Source of the DNA: Candidatus Saccharimonadota bacterium
GTDB lineage: Bacteria; Patescibacteriota; Saccharimonadia; Saccharimonadales; Saccharimonadaceae
Reading direction: 5' to 3'
NCBI GenBank assembly: GCA_002421785.1
Contig: DIRZ01000002.1
Span: forward strand, 150,001 to 182,000
Length of the DNA stretch: 32,000 nt
Shown here: piece by piece, positions 24,943-31,830 of the stretch
How positions within the stretch are numbered: position 1 is the stretch's first letter
How the letters are laid out: each line of letters begins with the position of its first letter
The notes under the pieces: generated by a model
Database searches by the model: none
What the model was told of the DNA's origin: nothing
Seen by the model: only the letters and a program-made list of their open reading frames with translations
Position numbers and translations under genes: made by a program

Positions 24943-24977
24943 TGGCTCCGGCGACTGGATTCGAACCAGGCGCCTAT
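24943..24977 (-). pseudogene. displaced 3' fragment of a tRNA-Asn-like gene (variable loop, T arm, acceptor 3' strand, G73, CCA)
   Basis: Minus strand reads AGGCGCCTGG-TTCGAAT-CCAGT-CGCCGGA-G-CCA. The matching 5' strand TCCGGCG is absent upstream. Similar but not identical to the 3' half of the intact gene at 29007-29047. Confidence 0.75.
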
Positions 24978-25049
24978 ACCACCATTTTCCTGGTTCACCA
25001 TACTATAGCTTACATCTGCCATTAATCATAATAATCTGTGTATTACTGG

Positions 25050-25778
25050 CTAAAACAGGCTCAGCCAGTAATCTGACCATCGATAGAATAGCAACATAAA
25101 GATAACAGTATAAGTTATAACGATAAGCTCATACTTGTAGCTGAACAGTTTATTCAGTTTTTCGCCGAGGTTTATGTATTTGTGCCGTATGCAGTATGCG
25201 GTCACCATCCATAGCAGCGCGAACGTCACCAGCCACACCAGCATACAGTACAAGCATAATTTTCCGATTACAAAGACACCCTGGTAAAACAGCCACGTAC
25301 AGAATCCGGCGCCAAAGACGATGCCGCCGAGGAGCGTGCGCCACAAGGCCCTATGCAGTTTTACCGCCCCGGCAAGAATCGTCATGCCGGCTGCGAAAAC
25401 CGCGGTATAACCGAATATACCTATGAACGAATTGGCAAAGCCGAAAGCACTCGCCTGCGGGCTGGCGATGATGGGCGAACAGGCCACGATCGGACTCAAG
25501 CTGCAGCTTGGATCGTGAGCCGGCTGAGTCAGTATCTCTATCTTTTCGATGGATAGGATGATCGCCGCACTCACCCCAATGACAGCGAGAACCGTCATCC
25601 ATCGTGCCAATAAGATCTCCGGTTTCAGGTTCTGCCCGCGCTGGATAATCGCCGTCAGTAACACAAGAGCTACGACGGCGAGATATACATACTCTACTTT
25701 GCTACGAGCCACAAATACGGCCACAAACAAATAGACTATCGGCAAGAGAACAAAGTATTTACGTAGTAAAGTAATCAT
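25050..25778 (-). CDS. vitamin K epoxide reductase (VKOR) family membrane protein
   Basis: Polytopic membrane protein with loop cysteines CSLSPIVAC and the CxxC motif GKLCLYCMLVW. ATG 25778 lies 1 nt after the upstream stop. The track start at 25799 is an alternative. Confidence 0.8.
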   Translation of the reverse strand: MITLLRKYFVLLPIVYLFVAVFVARSKVEYVYLAVVALVLLTAIIQRGQNLKPEILLARWMTVLAVIGVSAAIILSIEKIEILTQPAHDPSCSLSPIVACSPIIASPQASAFGFANSFIGIFGYTAVFAAGMTILAGAVKLHRALWRTLLGGIVFGAGFCTWLFYQGVFVIGKLCLYCMLVWLVTFALLWMVTAYCIRHKYINLGEKLNKLFSYKYELIVITYTVIFMLLFYRWSDYWLSLF

Positions 25779-25779
25779 C

Positions 25780-26067
25780 TTAGAAATCGAATAGATCACC
25801 CAAAAAGGACTCTTTGCGCTTTTTGCGAGGGTACCCTTGGTCGTAGTTCACCGGCCGGCCATGTTTATCGTATTGTGGTGGGTAGCCGGAGTTCTGATAC
25901 GGCTCCGGCGCAGGTGATGACGTGGTCTGAGAGACCGCCCCCCGCTCAATGATCTTATCCAGCTCACCTCGGTCCAACCAGACACCACGGCACTTGGGAC
26001 AATAATCTATCTCGACGCCTTGGCGGTCAGTCATTACCAGTTCAGTATTGTCTATGGGGCATTGCAT
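25780..26067 (-). CDS. zinc-ribbon (TFIIB-type zf, COG3809-like) protein
   Basis: MQCPIDNTELV..IDYCPKCRGVWLDRGELDKII is the typical family signature, followed by a Pro/Gly/Tyr-rich tail. Confidence 0.8.
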   Translation of the reverse strand: MQCPIDNTELVMTDRQGVEIDYCPKCRGVWLDRGELDKIIERGAVSQTTSSPAPEPYQNSGYPPQYDKHGRPVNYDQGYPRKKRKESFLGDLFDF

Positions 26068-26079
26068 ATGTCATCTCCT

Positions 26080-27990
26080 TTACTTATTCACTATAGCAAC
26101 TTCATTGGCTCCGGCATTAAACAGACGCAGGCCGTTGAGGACGACCAGGACAGCCATAACCGCGTCTGCCGCCACGGCCAAGCTTAGACCGATCACCCCG
26201 GCGATGCCGAGTACCAGGATAACACCCTTGACTATGATTGATCCGTAGACATTCTGACGGACAACCCTGAAAGTTTGCTGGCCGACATCCAGTAGGTATG
26301 GAATAGTGCCTATAGCGTCATTCATCAGTGTTACGTCCGCCGTTTCTATCGCTACGTCCGAGCCGCCACCCCCCATGGCGATACCCACATCCGCTCGAGC
26401 CAAGCTCGGCGCGTCGTTCACACCATCGCCCACCATGGCTACTCGCTGATACCGGGCTTGCAGCTTGTCGATAAGTTCTGCTTTTTGCTCAGGCAGCAGT
26501 GCTCCGTACGCCTCGCTGATACCGACTTTTTCCGCGATATAATTCGCTGCCCGCTGATTATCTCCGGTCAGCATCACCGGCGTGACCCGTAGCTTATTCA
26601 GCGCGTCTATGACACCCTTTGAATCGTTACGCAATTCGTCGGTGATACCTATGATACCGATGACCTTTTTGCCCTCACTGACAAGCACGGCCGTCATCCC
26701 CATGCCTTCCAGTCGTTCCACTTCCGGCAATACATGTTCGCACGTCTCGGCGCTAACGCCGATATGCTGAAGATTGCCGATAGCGTGCTCCTTGTCGCCG
26801 CAGACCATACAATTGGCGTTGCCGCCACGACCGGCTACGTTTTTGAACTTGTCCATTTTGTGCGGTTTAATGCCCTTTTGTTTGGCATAATCTTCTATCG
26901 CCTTAGCTAGCGGATGCGAAGAGAATTTTTCAATTCCCGCAGCATCTCCTATGACGTCCTCTTCCGTAGCGTCATGCAGCAGCACTACTTCAGCCACCAC
27001 AGGGGTTCCGACGGTCAGTGTCTTTGTCTTGTCGAAAGCGATTGCTCTGGTCTTGCTCAAGACTTCCAGGAAACGGCCTCCCTTGATGAGCACACCCCTA
27101 CGCGATGCACCGCCGATTGCCGCCGCCACGGCGACAGGCGCCGATACCACTAGCGCATCCGGACAAGCGAGCACCAGCAGGATAAGTGCTTTTGTAAACC
27201 AGTCGCTGAACGGTTCGCCGAAAAAGACCGGCGGCACGACAGCTACCAGCAGGGCCAGCCCGATCGCTGCCGGTATATAATAACTCGCAAACTTATCCAA
27301 AAATTCCTGCATCTCTGGCCTGGATTTTTGAGCCTCAGAAATTAATGTGACAATTTTTTGCAGCGTACTGTTAGCGGCGGTTTTGGTGACTTTTACCTCC
27401 AGATAGCCGCTCTGGTTTAAGGTACCGGCGTAGACGGCTTCACCTTTATATTTCTCTTTTGGCACGCTCTCGCCGGTAATAGTCGCCTCGTCGACCGATG
27501 ACTCGCCGTCGACTACCACGCCGTCCAGCGGCACCATGTCACCGGGACGGACTTTGACTATTTCACCTTCCTTGACTTTCTCGACCGGCACTTCACGGCC
27601 ATCTTGTAAGCGGGCGATTTTCGGCGCGGATTTGAGAAGCGCCGCCACGGCCTTTTGCGAGCGGGCTTCGCCGAATTCCTCGAAGGCTTCAGCCAGTGCA
27701 AAGAAGAACATCACGGCAGCAGCCTCGGCGAATTGGCCAAGGTACAGCGCGCCAAGTGCGGCAATCGTTACCAGCAGGCTGATGGATATTTTACGTTTCA
27801 ATAGTTTTCGGACAGCCGATATTGCAACAGGAGTACCTCCCGCAGCCAGCGACACCAGGTACAGTATTTCCGCCCCGGGCAACTTAAACAGGCTGCACGC
27901 CAAACCAGCAACAAAGCTGACGGCGGCAGTAGCGGTCAAAGCCTTGTTCATGCGGTTTGATTCGTTTTCTTCGGCATGGTTATCGCTCAT
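26080..27990 (-). CDS. P1B-type heavy-metal-translocating ATPase with atypical motifs and no N-terminal metal-binding domain
   Basis: TGES (ITGESVP), MLTGDN and MVGDGVNDAPSLA are present. The phosphorylation motif reads FDKTKTLT instead of DKTGT. The TM metal motif reads ACPDAL instead of CPC/CPH/SPC. Confidence 0.85.
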   Translation of the reverse strand: MSDNHAEENESNRMNKALTATAAVSFVAGLACSLFKLPGAEILYLVSLAAGGTPVAISAVRKLLKRKISISLLVTIAALGALYLGQFAEAAAVMFFFALAEAFEEFGEARSQKAVAALLKSAPKIARLQDGREVPVEKVKEGEIVKVRPGDMVPLDGVVVDGESSVDEATITGESVPKEKYKGEAVYAGTLNQSGYLEVKVTKTAANSTLQKIVTLISEAQKSRPEMQEFLDKFASYYIPAAIGLALLVAVVPPVFFGEPFSDWFTKALILLVLACPDALVVSAPVAVAAAIGGASRRGVLIKGGRFLEVLSKTRAIAFDKTKTLTVGTPVVAEVVLLHDATEEDVIGDAAGIEKFSSHPLAKAIEDYAKQKGIKPHKMDKFKNVAGRGGNANCMVCGDKEHAIGNLQHIGVSAETCEHVLPEVERLEGMGMTAVLVSEGKKVIGIIGITDELRNDSKGVIDALNKLRVTPVMLTGDNQRAANYIAEKVGISEAYGALLPEQKAELIDKLQARYQRVAMVGDGVNDAPSLARADVGIAMGGGGSDVAIETADVTLMNDAIGTIPYLLDVGQQTFRVVRQNVYGSIIVKGVILVLGIAGVIGLSLAVAADAVMAVLVVLNGLRLFNAGANEVAIVNK

Positions 27991-27994
27991 GAAA

Positions 27995-28279
27995 TTAGTT
28001 GCCTCCCCCTGTCAAAAACTGCAGCGGATTTGCGATAACCTGTTGCCACAGGGCATTAATGAAATCAAGTGCATAATTCCATAGTGATTTGATGATATTA
28101 CCGACACTTTGCCCAATCCCGCTATCGGCCTGTCCGAGCAAGGCGCCGATGACAGCTATGATGATCGAGCCAATTATCAAAAGTATAACAAGCAGTACAA
28201 ACCCGACGAGCAGAGCTGCTATAACCAGTTTTTTCTTATTTATACGGCTTAATTTATCAAATTTGTATCCGTGGCTCAT
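27995..28279 (-). CDS. 94-aa membrane protein
   Basis: One long hydrophobic segment (LVIAALLVGFVLLVILLIIGSIIIAVIGALL). Tightly spaced between the ArsR and ATPase genes. Confidence 0.55.
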   Translation of the reverse strand: MSHGYKFDKLSRINKKKLVIAALLVGFVLLVILLIIGSIIIAVIGALLGQADSGIGQSVGNIIKSLWNYALDFINALWQQVIANPLQFLTGGGN

Positions 28280-28296
28280 AAGTATACCTTTCTTTT

Positions 28297-28623
28297 TTAT
28301 TTATGTTCGCCGCTCTTGATGTGATCGGCTTGTGTAAACGCGTGTTCGATGAACTGAAGCACATGATCATTCTCAGCACTATAGAATATTTTCGTACCGG
28401 CACGTCTGACGCGCACCATGTGAGACATGCGTAGTTTTGCGAGATGCTGTGAGACTACAGCAGGTTTTACCCCTACGTCTTCTGCAAGCTCACCCACCGA
28501 ATGCTCACCGTGCAAGAGTGCCCATAATATTTTTAAGCGCGTCGGGTCGCTCAGCAGTTTAAATATCCCGGTAGCTATATCAAGGCGTGCATTTGATAAT
28601 TCTTTGCGTATATGCGCAGACAT
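28297..28623 (-). CDS. ArsR/SmtB-family metalloregulator
   Basis: LLSDPTRLKILWALLHGEHSVGELAEDVGVKPAVVSQHLAKLR is a winged-HTH signature. His/Asp/Glu-rich C-terminus (NDHVLQFIEHAFTQADH). I chose ATG 28623 because the predicted promoter lies inside the longer track ORF. Confidence 0.85.
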   Translation of the reverse strand: MSAHIRKELSNARLDIATGIFKLLSDPTRLKILWALLHGEHSVGELAEDVGVKPAVVSQHLAKLRMSHMVRVRRAGTKIFYSAENDHVLQFIEHAFTQADHIKSGEHK

Positions 28624-28629
28624 GCATAT

Positions 28630-28659
28630 ACTATAGCAAAATGCTCCTCTTATTCGCAA
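28630..28659 (-). promoter_or_regulatory. TTGCGA-N18-TATAGT promoter, giving a leaderless or near-leaderless arsR-like mRNA
   Basis: Minus strand reads TTGCGAataagaggagcattttgcTATAGTatatgcATG. Confidence 0.4.
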
Positions 28660-28740
28660 GGTTAGTATTGTCATTGGCACATCCTATCAGGACAGATGAG
28701 CAGAACTGAACCCTTATTAGGTACTAATAAGCGTGTAGTA

Positions 28741-29006
28741 CATCAGACATAAAAGTCCTGCTGAGTGTTTACCTGACTTAAATCAGGGACAGGTCTGGGG
28801 AACAGGTCCGAGTTTTGGCTGCCTGTTCCTTCAGGACGAGAGAGGCCGAGTTCGAACTGACTTACAGAGGTGCCTACGAAAGAACCGCCCTTTCGGACGG
28901 TTCCAACATTTTGTACTTTGTTATCAGCACATTGTTTCTTGGCTGAGTAAGGAGAGAAGTTACGGTCAGGTCTAGGACCTTGGTCTGCGCTTTTCTCTGC
29001 TTGCTC
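28741..29006 (-). repeat. tRNA-Asn-linked non-coding module, copy 3 (directly downstream of the intact tRNA-Asn)
   Basis: Begins right after the encoded CCA with GAGCAAGCAG. Contains the conserved hairpin and the blocks shared with copies 1 and 2. Confidence 0.8.
28877..28904 (-). terminator. terminator-like hairpin in module copy 3
   Basis: Minus strand reads GAACCGTCC-GAAA-GGGCGGTTC followed by TTTCGTAGG, a weak U-tract. Confidence 0.4.
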
Positions 29007-29315
29007 TGGCTCCGGCAGCTGGGCTCGAACCAGCGACCTAATCGTTACACATAACCACATGTTTTCACATATGTGTGGACTATCTCATCATCCATTTTCA
29101 GGATGCGGGGCGCTATTTGAAAGAGTATTGCTTGAGGACTCACTTTCTAGTCTCTGAACCTTCCTAGCGTTATAACCTCTAGCTAGGCTTGGCTGCGGAT
29201 TCCCGTATCACAATTGTGACGTAGGCTTCCCGCAATTCACCCCGTTGACACCATACAGTTACCTGTATGGGCTGCCTTTTGACAGCGATCCGCTCTACCA
29301 CTGAGCTATGCCGGA
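29007..29315 (-). tRNA. tRNA-Asn(GUU) interrupted by a group I intron (exon 1 29315-29282, exon 2 29047-29007)
   Basis: Joined exons: TCCGGCA TA GCTC-AGTGGTA-GAGC G GATCG-CTGT|TAA-CGATT AGGTC GCTGG-TTCGAGC-CCAGC TGCCGGA G CCA, 75 nt. The architecture closely parallels E. coli tRNA-Asn (U1-A72, G73, loop CUGUUAA). Confidence 0.85.
29048..29281 (-). ncRNA. group I intron (IC3-like, 234 nt) in the anticodon loop
   Basis: The 5' exon ends in U and the intron ends in G. P1: exon GCUGU pairs with intron GCAGC (29275-29271), with U.G at the splice site. P2 hairpin CCATACAG-GTAA-CTGTATGG. Core elements: P GAATTGCGGGAAG (29238-29226), Q GAATCCGCAGCC (29202-29191), R GGTTCAGAGACTAGA (29160-29146), S GAGATAGTCC (29086-29077). 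Confidence 0.85.
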
Positions 29316-29365
29316 ATAAGGTGCTTCTGCGCGCAAGAACGCGCAGATACAGATGCTATTTTATA

Positions 29366-29686
29366 TCATTTTCCCACCGGTGTAAACACTCTGACTCCGA
29401 GTTCAATTTCCCGGTGACAATTCGCGCACACCAATATACATTTATCGAGTTCGGCTTTAATTTTTTCCCATGACCTCGTATAGCCCTTAGCACCTATACT
29501 AAATTCCTTCGTCGCTGGGTCAAGATGGTGAAAGTCGAGCACACCAGGGTGCTCAGAATAACCACATAAGACACACCTACCGCCTTTGTACTCAATTGAT
29601 TTTATCTTGATAGACCGTCTACGCTTCGCAACCGCTGCGATAAGGTACTCGCGGCGGTCCGCATACGTTCGCTTTTCGTTAGCCAT
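29366..29686 (-). CDS. HNH endonuclease
   Basis: CVLCGYSEHPGVLDFHHLDP....LVCANCHREIE is an HNH / zinc-finger signature. Start ATG 29686 (MANEKRTY) or GTG 29704. Confidence 0.8.
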   Translation of the reverse strand: MANEKRTYADRREYLIAAVAKRRRSIKIKSIEYKGGRCVLCGYSEHPGVLDFHHLDPATKEFSIGAKGYTRSWEKIKAELDKCILVCANCHREIELGVRVFTPVGK

Positions 29687-29721
29687 ATCCTGATGGTATA
29701 GCACTGTGGTGTAACAGTCAA

Positions 29722-31425
29722 TTATTGTGCGCGGAGCTTGTCGATTTGCCCCGCCAGGTCGGCGATGGTCGCCCAGCTACTCCCCTGGGTCATCACCACC
29801 AACACGTAGGTCCCGCTGGGACTATACACGATGGCGGCGTCGTGCAATAAATCATCCATGAACCCGACCTTGTCGGCAACAGTACCGCTCGCGCCGGCCG
29901 GAATTCCCTTACGAAATATATTGCCTTTCATCGCACTAATCAGCCGGTCGCGGTTGACCGGGCTAAAGTTTTGCCCGCTCTGTAGCATACCAAGCAACAG
30001 CGCTAGGTCATTGGCAGTGGCGTAGGGTCCGCCCGTTTTGGTAAAATTGGAATTCTTCAGCCCAATAGCATTGATATCTTTCGTCACGTTTGATAGCCCC
30101 AGATTTTCCAGGAAGGCTTCTGCGCAGGCATTGTCGCTGTTGCTAATCATCTTGTTGAAACAGTCGGCATTGCTATCCCAGTCCTTCGTGCCCGCGTCTA
30201 TCCGCTTGAGCAGGCTATAGGCAACGAGTAGTTTATAGGTGCTCGCGGTCACAAACTGCTGGTCGCCGTTATAACTTGCCCGTCGCTTTTTGCCGTCGAG
30301 TTCGATGAGTGAAATACCATAAGAGCCCGGGTGGTCTTTGGCGTAATTCGCTAGCAACGCCGAGAGTCCCGCATCTGTTGGGCTATAGCTGCGCGTGTAT
30401 TGTTCGACTGGCGGCAACACCATTACGACCGCCTGCGCGCTCTCAGTTTTGCCCCTTACGACTTCGCCAATGCTCGCCGCAGTCCGGTTAATATCGAGCG
30501 CCTGACCAGACGCGCCATTCACGCGTGAGGTTTCGGTAAAGTCAACCGTCGTGACATATGAAATACCGGGCTTCACCGACACCTTCGGCGCGACCGTTGG
30601 ATTCAGGTAGGCTGCAGCACGTTCGCCGTTCACAATCATCTGTATGCCGTTATCTGGCGCGGTGATATCGAGCCACGAAAGCACGTCCTTGGCTGGCAGA
30701 ACCACGGTCTCACCCGCAACTTCGAGCGGTACGCCCTTGGCAACGTGGGCATTTATATCATCGGCCACTGCCTTGGCTGCTTTGTCGGTTACTGCGGGAA
30801 ATACTTCTTTTTGCTTCACCATGACTTTCGATTCCTCGCCCAGCACTGGTCGAGCTTTTTTGAGCGTCGCCAGCACATCATCACGCTGGCATTCACCGCC
30901 AGGCTGCGCCCGGACCACGGTCAGTCTATCGCCATCTGCTTTCAGCGTGGCATTCACTGGTGCCTTGCGGCACTCGCTCATCAGCTTGTCATCCACGTAT
31001 TTTTCGAATGCTTTGCCGAATGTCGGCGCAGGGACGTCGGATTTGCCCAGCCCCGCCCAAAACAACGAACTAGGGAGCACTCGCAAATACCACGGATAAT
31101 TCATAGCTTTCACGCGCTCCGTGTTATCAACCGTAATATCGACGTCCTTAAGAGTTGGCGTGCTAAAAGCTTTAGAATCGATACCCATATAGATTGCGAG
31201 CTTATGCTCACTATAGCGTTTGTTGAGCAGCTCGGTTACCTGCTGCTTGGTTTGCATACCAACAGGCTGCTTGTCGATACTCGCGAAGGGCAACAACCTG
31301 TCACCAGGGTAAAAAATTTGCACTAGTAACAATAGGCCAAGTAGGCCTAGGCCTCCCCGTATAAGCAGGGGCTTCCACTGCATGTGCCGTAAACGCTTCT
31401 TCAGCGCCCCAATATACTTATGCAT
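29722..31425 (-). CDS. membrane-anchored serine hydrolase with a C-terminal class-A beta-lactamase-like domain
   Basis: N-terminal TM segment (LLIRGGLGLLGLLLLVQIF). C-terminal SxxK (ASTYK), SDN (SNSDN) and a KTG-like KVG (ADKVGFM). Confidence 0.8.
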   Translation of the reverse strand: MHKYIGALKKRLRHMQWKPLLIRGGLGLLGLLLLVQIFYPGDRLLPFASIDKQPVGMQTKQQVTELLNKRYSEHKLAIYMGIDSKAFSTPTLKDVDITVDNTERVKAMNYPWYLRVLPSSLFWAGLGKSDVPAPTFGKAFEKYVDDKLMSECRKAPVNATLKADGDRLTVVRAQPGGECQRDDVLATLKKARPVLGEESKVMVKQKEVFPAVTDKAAKAVADDINAHVAKGVPLEVAGETVVLPAKDVLSWLDITAPDNGIQMIVNGERAAAYLNPTVAPKVSVKPGISYVTTVDFTETSRVNGASGQALDINRTAASIGEVVRGKTESAQAVVMVLPPVEQYTRSYSPTDAGLSALLANYAKDHPGSYGISLIELDGKKRRASYNGDQQFVTASTYKLLVAYSLLKRIDAGTKDWDSNADCFNKMISNSDNACAEAFLENLGLSNVTKDINAIGLKNSNFTKTGGPYATANDLALLLGMLQSGQNFSPVNRDRLISAMKGNIFRKGIPAGASGTVADKVGFMDDLLHDAAIVYSPSGTYVLVVMTQGSSWATIADLAGQIDKLRAQ

Positions 31426-31434
31426 ATACGCCCA

Positions 31435-31830
31435 TTATACTACGTGCGTGTCGCTGGCTTTTTCGTAGCCGAGTATTTGCAGGGCGTCGAGGAGTGTTTG
31501 GATCTGCGCGGCATTCGCATCATTGTCAATCCCGCGTAGTTCTTCGATCTTCTTCAGAATGGTTTGCTCAGCAGGGTTCGCCACCACACCGACACTATGT
31601 GACTGCTCACTACCCGGCATCACCACTTCGAGCGTGCGTGCGGAATTATCTTTTTTGACCAACCAGCCACGAGCAACCAGGCCGTTCACATGCGTTGCGA
31701 CGGTACTGACACTTTTGTAGTCCAAAGCGCGCATGATTTCGCGGTAACTCGGCCCATAGCCATAGCCTTTAATAAATCCATCAATAAAACTCAATAGTTC
31801 ACGCTGTTTTTTGGTTGGTCGTTGTTCCAC
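31435..31830 (-). CDS. LexA-like winged-HTH protein lacking the S24 peptidase domain
   Basis: KKQRELLSFIDGFIKGYGYGPSYREIMRALDYKSVSTVATHVNGLVARGWL matches the LexA N-terminal DNA-binding domain. Only 131 aa, with no Ala-Gly cleavage site or Ser/Lys dyad region. GTG start. Confidence 0.75.
   Translation of the reverse strand: MEQRPTKKQRELLSFIDGFIKGYGYGPSYREIMRALDYKSVSTVATHVNGLVARGWLVKKDNSARTLEVVMPGSEQSHSVGVVANPAEQTILKKIEELRGIDNDANAAQIQTLLDALQILGYEKASDTHVV

Larger units (their letters stand above)
18888..24977 (+). mobile_element. putative serine-recombinase integrative module, copy 2, with XRE/ImmA switch (boundaries uncertain)
   Basis: XRE and ImmA, then the same backbone as copy 1, ending in the non-coding module and a displaced tRNA-Asn 3' fragment. 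Confidence 0.5.
24720..24977 (-). repeat. tRNA-Asn-linked non-coding module, copy 2
   Basis: Shares blocks with 28741-29040, including identical ctgcttgctctggctccggc and gaaagaaccgccctttYggacggttccaacattttgtac. Confidence 0.8.

Noticed and set aside
25042-25072. Perfect 10-bp inverted repeat ATTACTGGCT/AGCCAGTAAT at the VKOR stop codon as a terminator
   Set aside because: No U-tract follows it on the minus strand, and half of it is coding sequence. It may stabilise the mRNA 3' end, but I cannot support a terminator call.
26048-28084. Plus-strand ORFs inside the ATPase gene (26048-26248, 26582-26770, 26914-27153, 26951-27280, 27536-28084)
   Set aside because: They are antisense to an ATPase gene with unmistakable P-type motifs. 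Ala/Ser/Thr/Arg-rich translations of this kind are typical of the GC-rich antisense strand.
28741-29040. Interpretation of the conserved module as tmRNA (including a permuted two-piece form) or SRP/4.5S RNA
   Set aside because: The T arm, acceptor strand and CCA belong to a complete tRNA-Asn, so they are not a tmRNA acceptor piece. I found no alanine-type G.U acceptor pair or tag-peptide frame. GTCCTGAAGGAACAGGCAGCC only loosely resembles the SRP helix-8 motif GGUCCGGAAGGAAGCAGCC, and that segment is poorly conserved in copy 2.
29048-29284. Alternative splice assignment giving tRNA-Thr(UGU): 5' exon ending ..GATCGCT, 3' exon TGTAACGATT
   Set aside because: This assignment also satisfies the U/G splice rules. 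However, its P1 would have only 3 bp against 5 bp for the Asn assignment. The tRNA body (U1-A72, G73, T arm) also matches tRNA-Asn rather than Thr.
30644-31326. Plus-strand ORFs 30644-31099 and 30745-31326
   Set aside because: They are antisense to the serine hydrolase gene and have no motifs.
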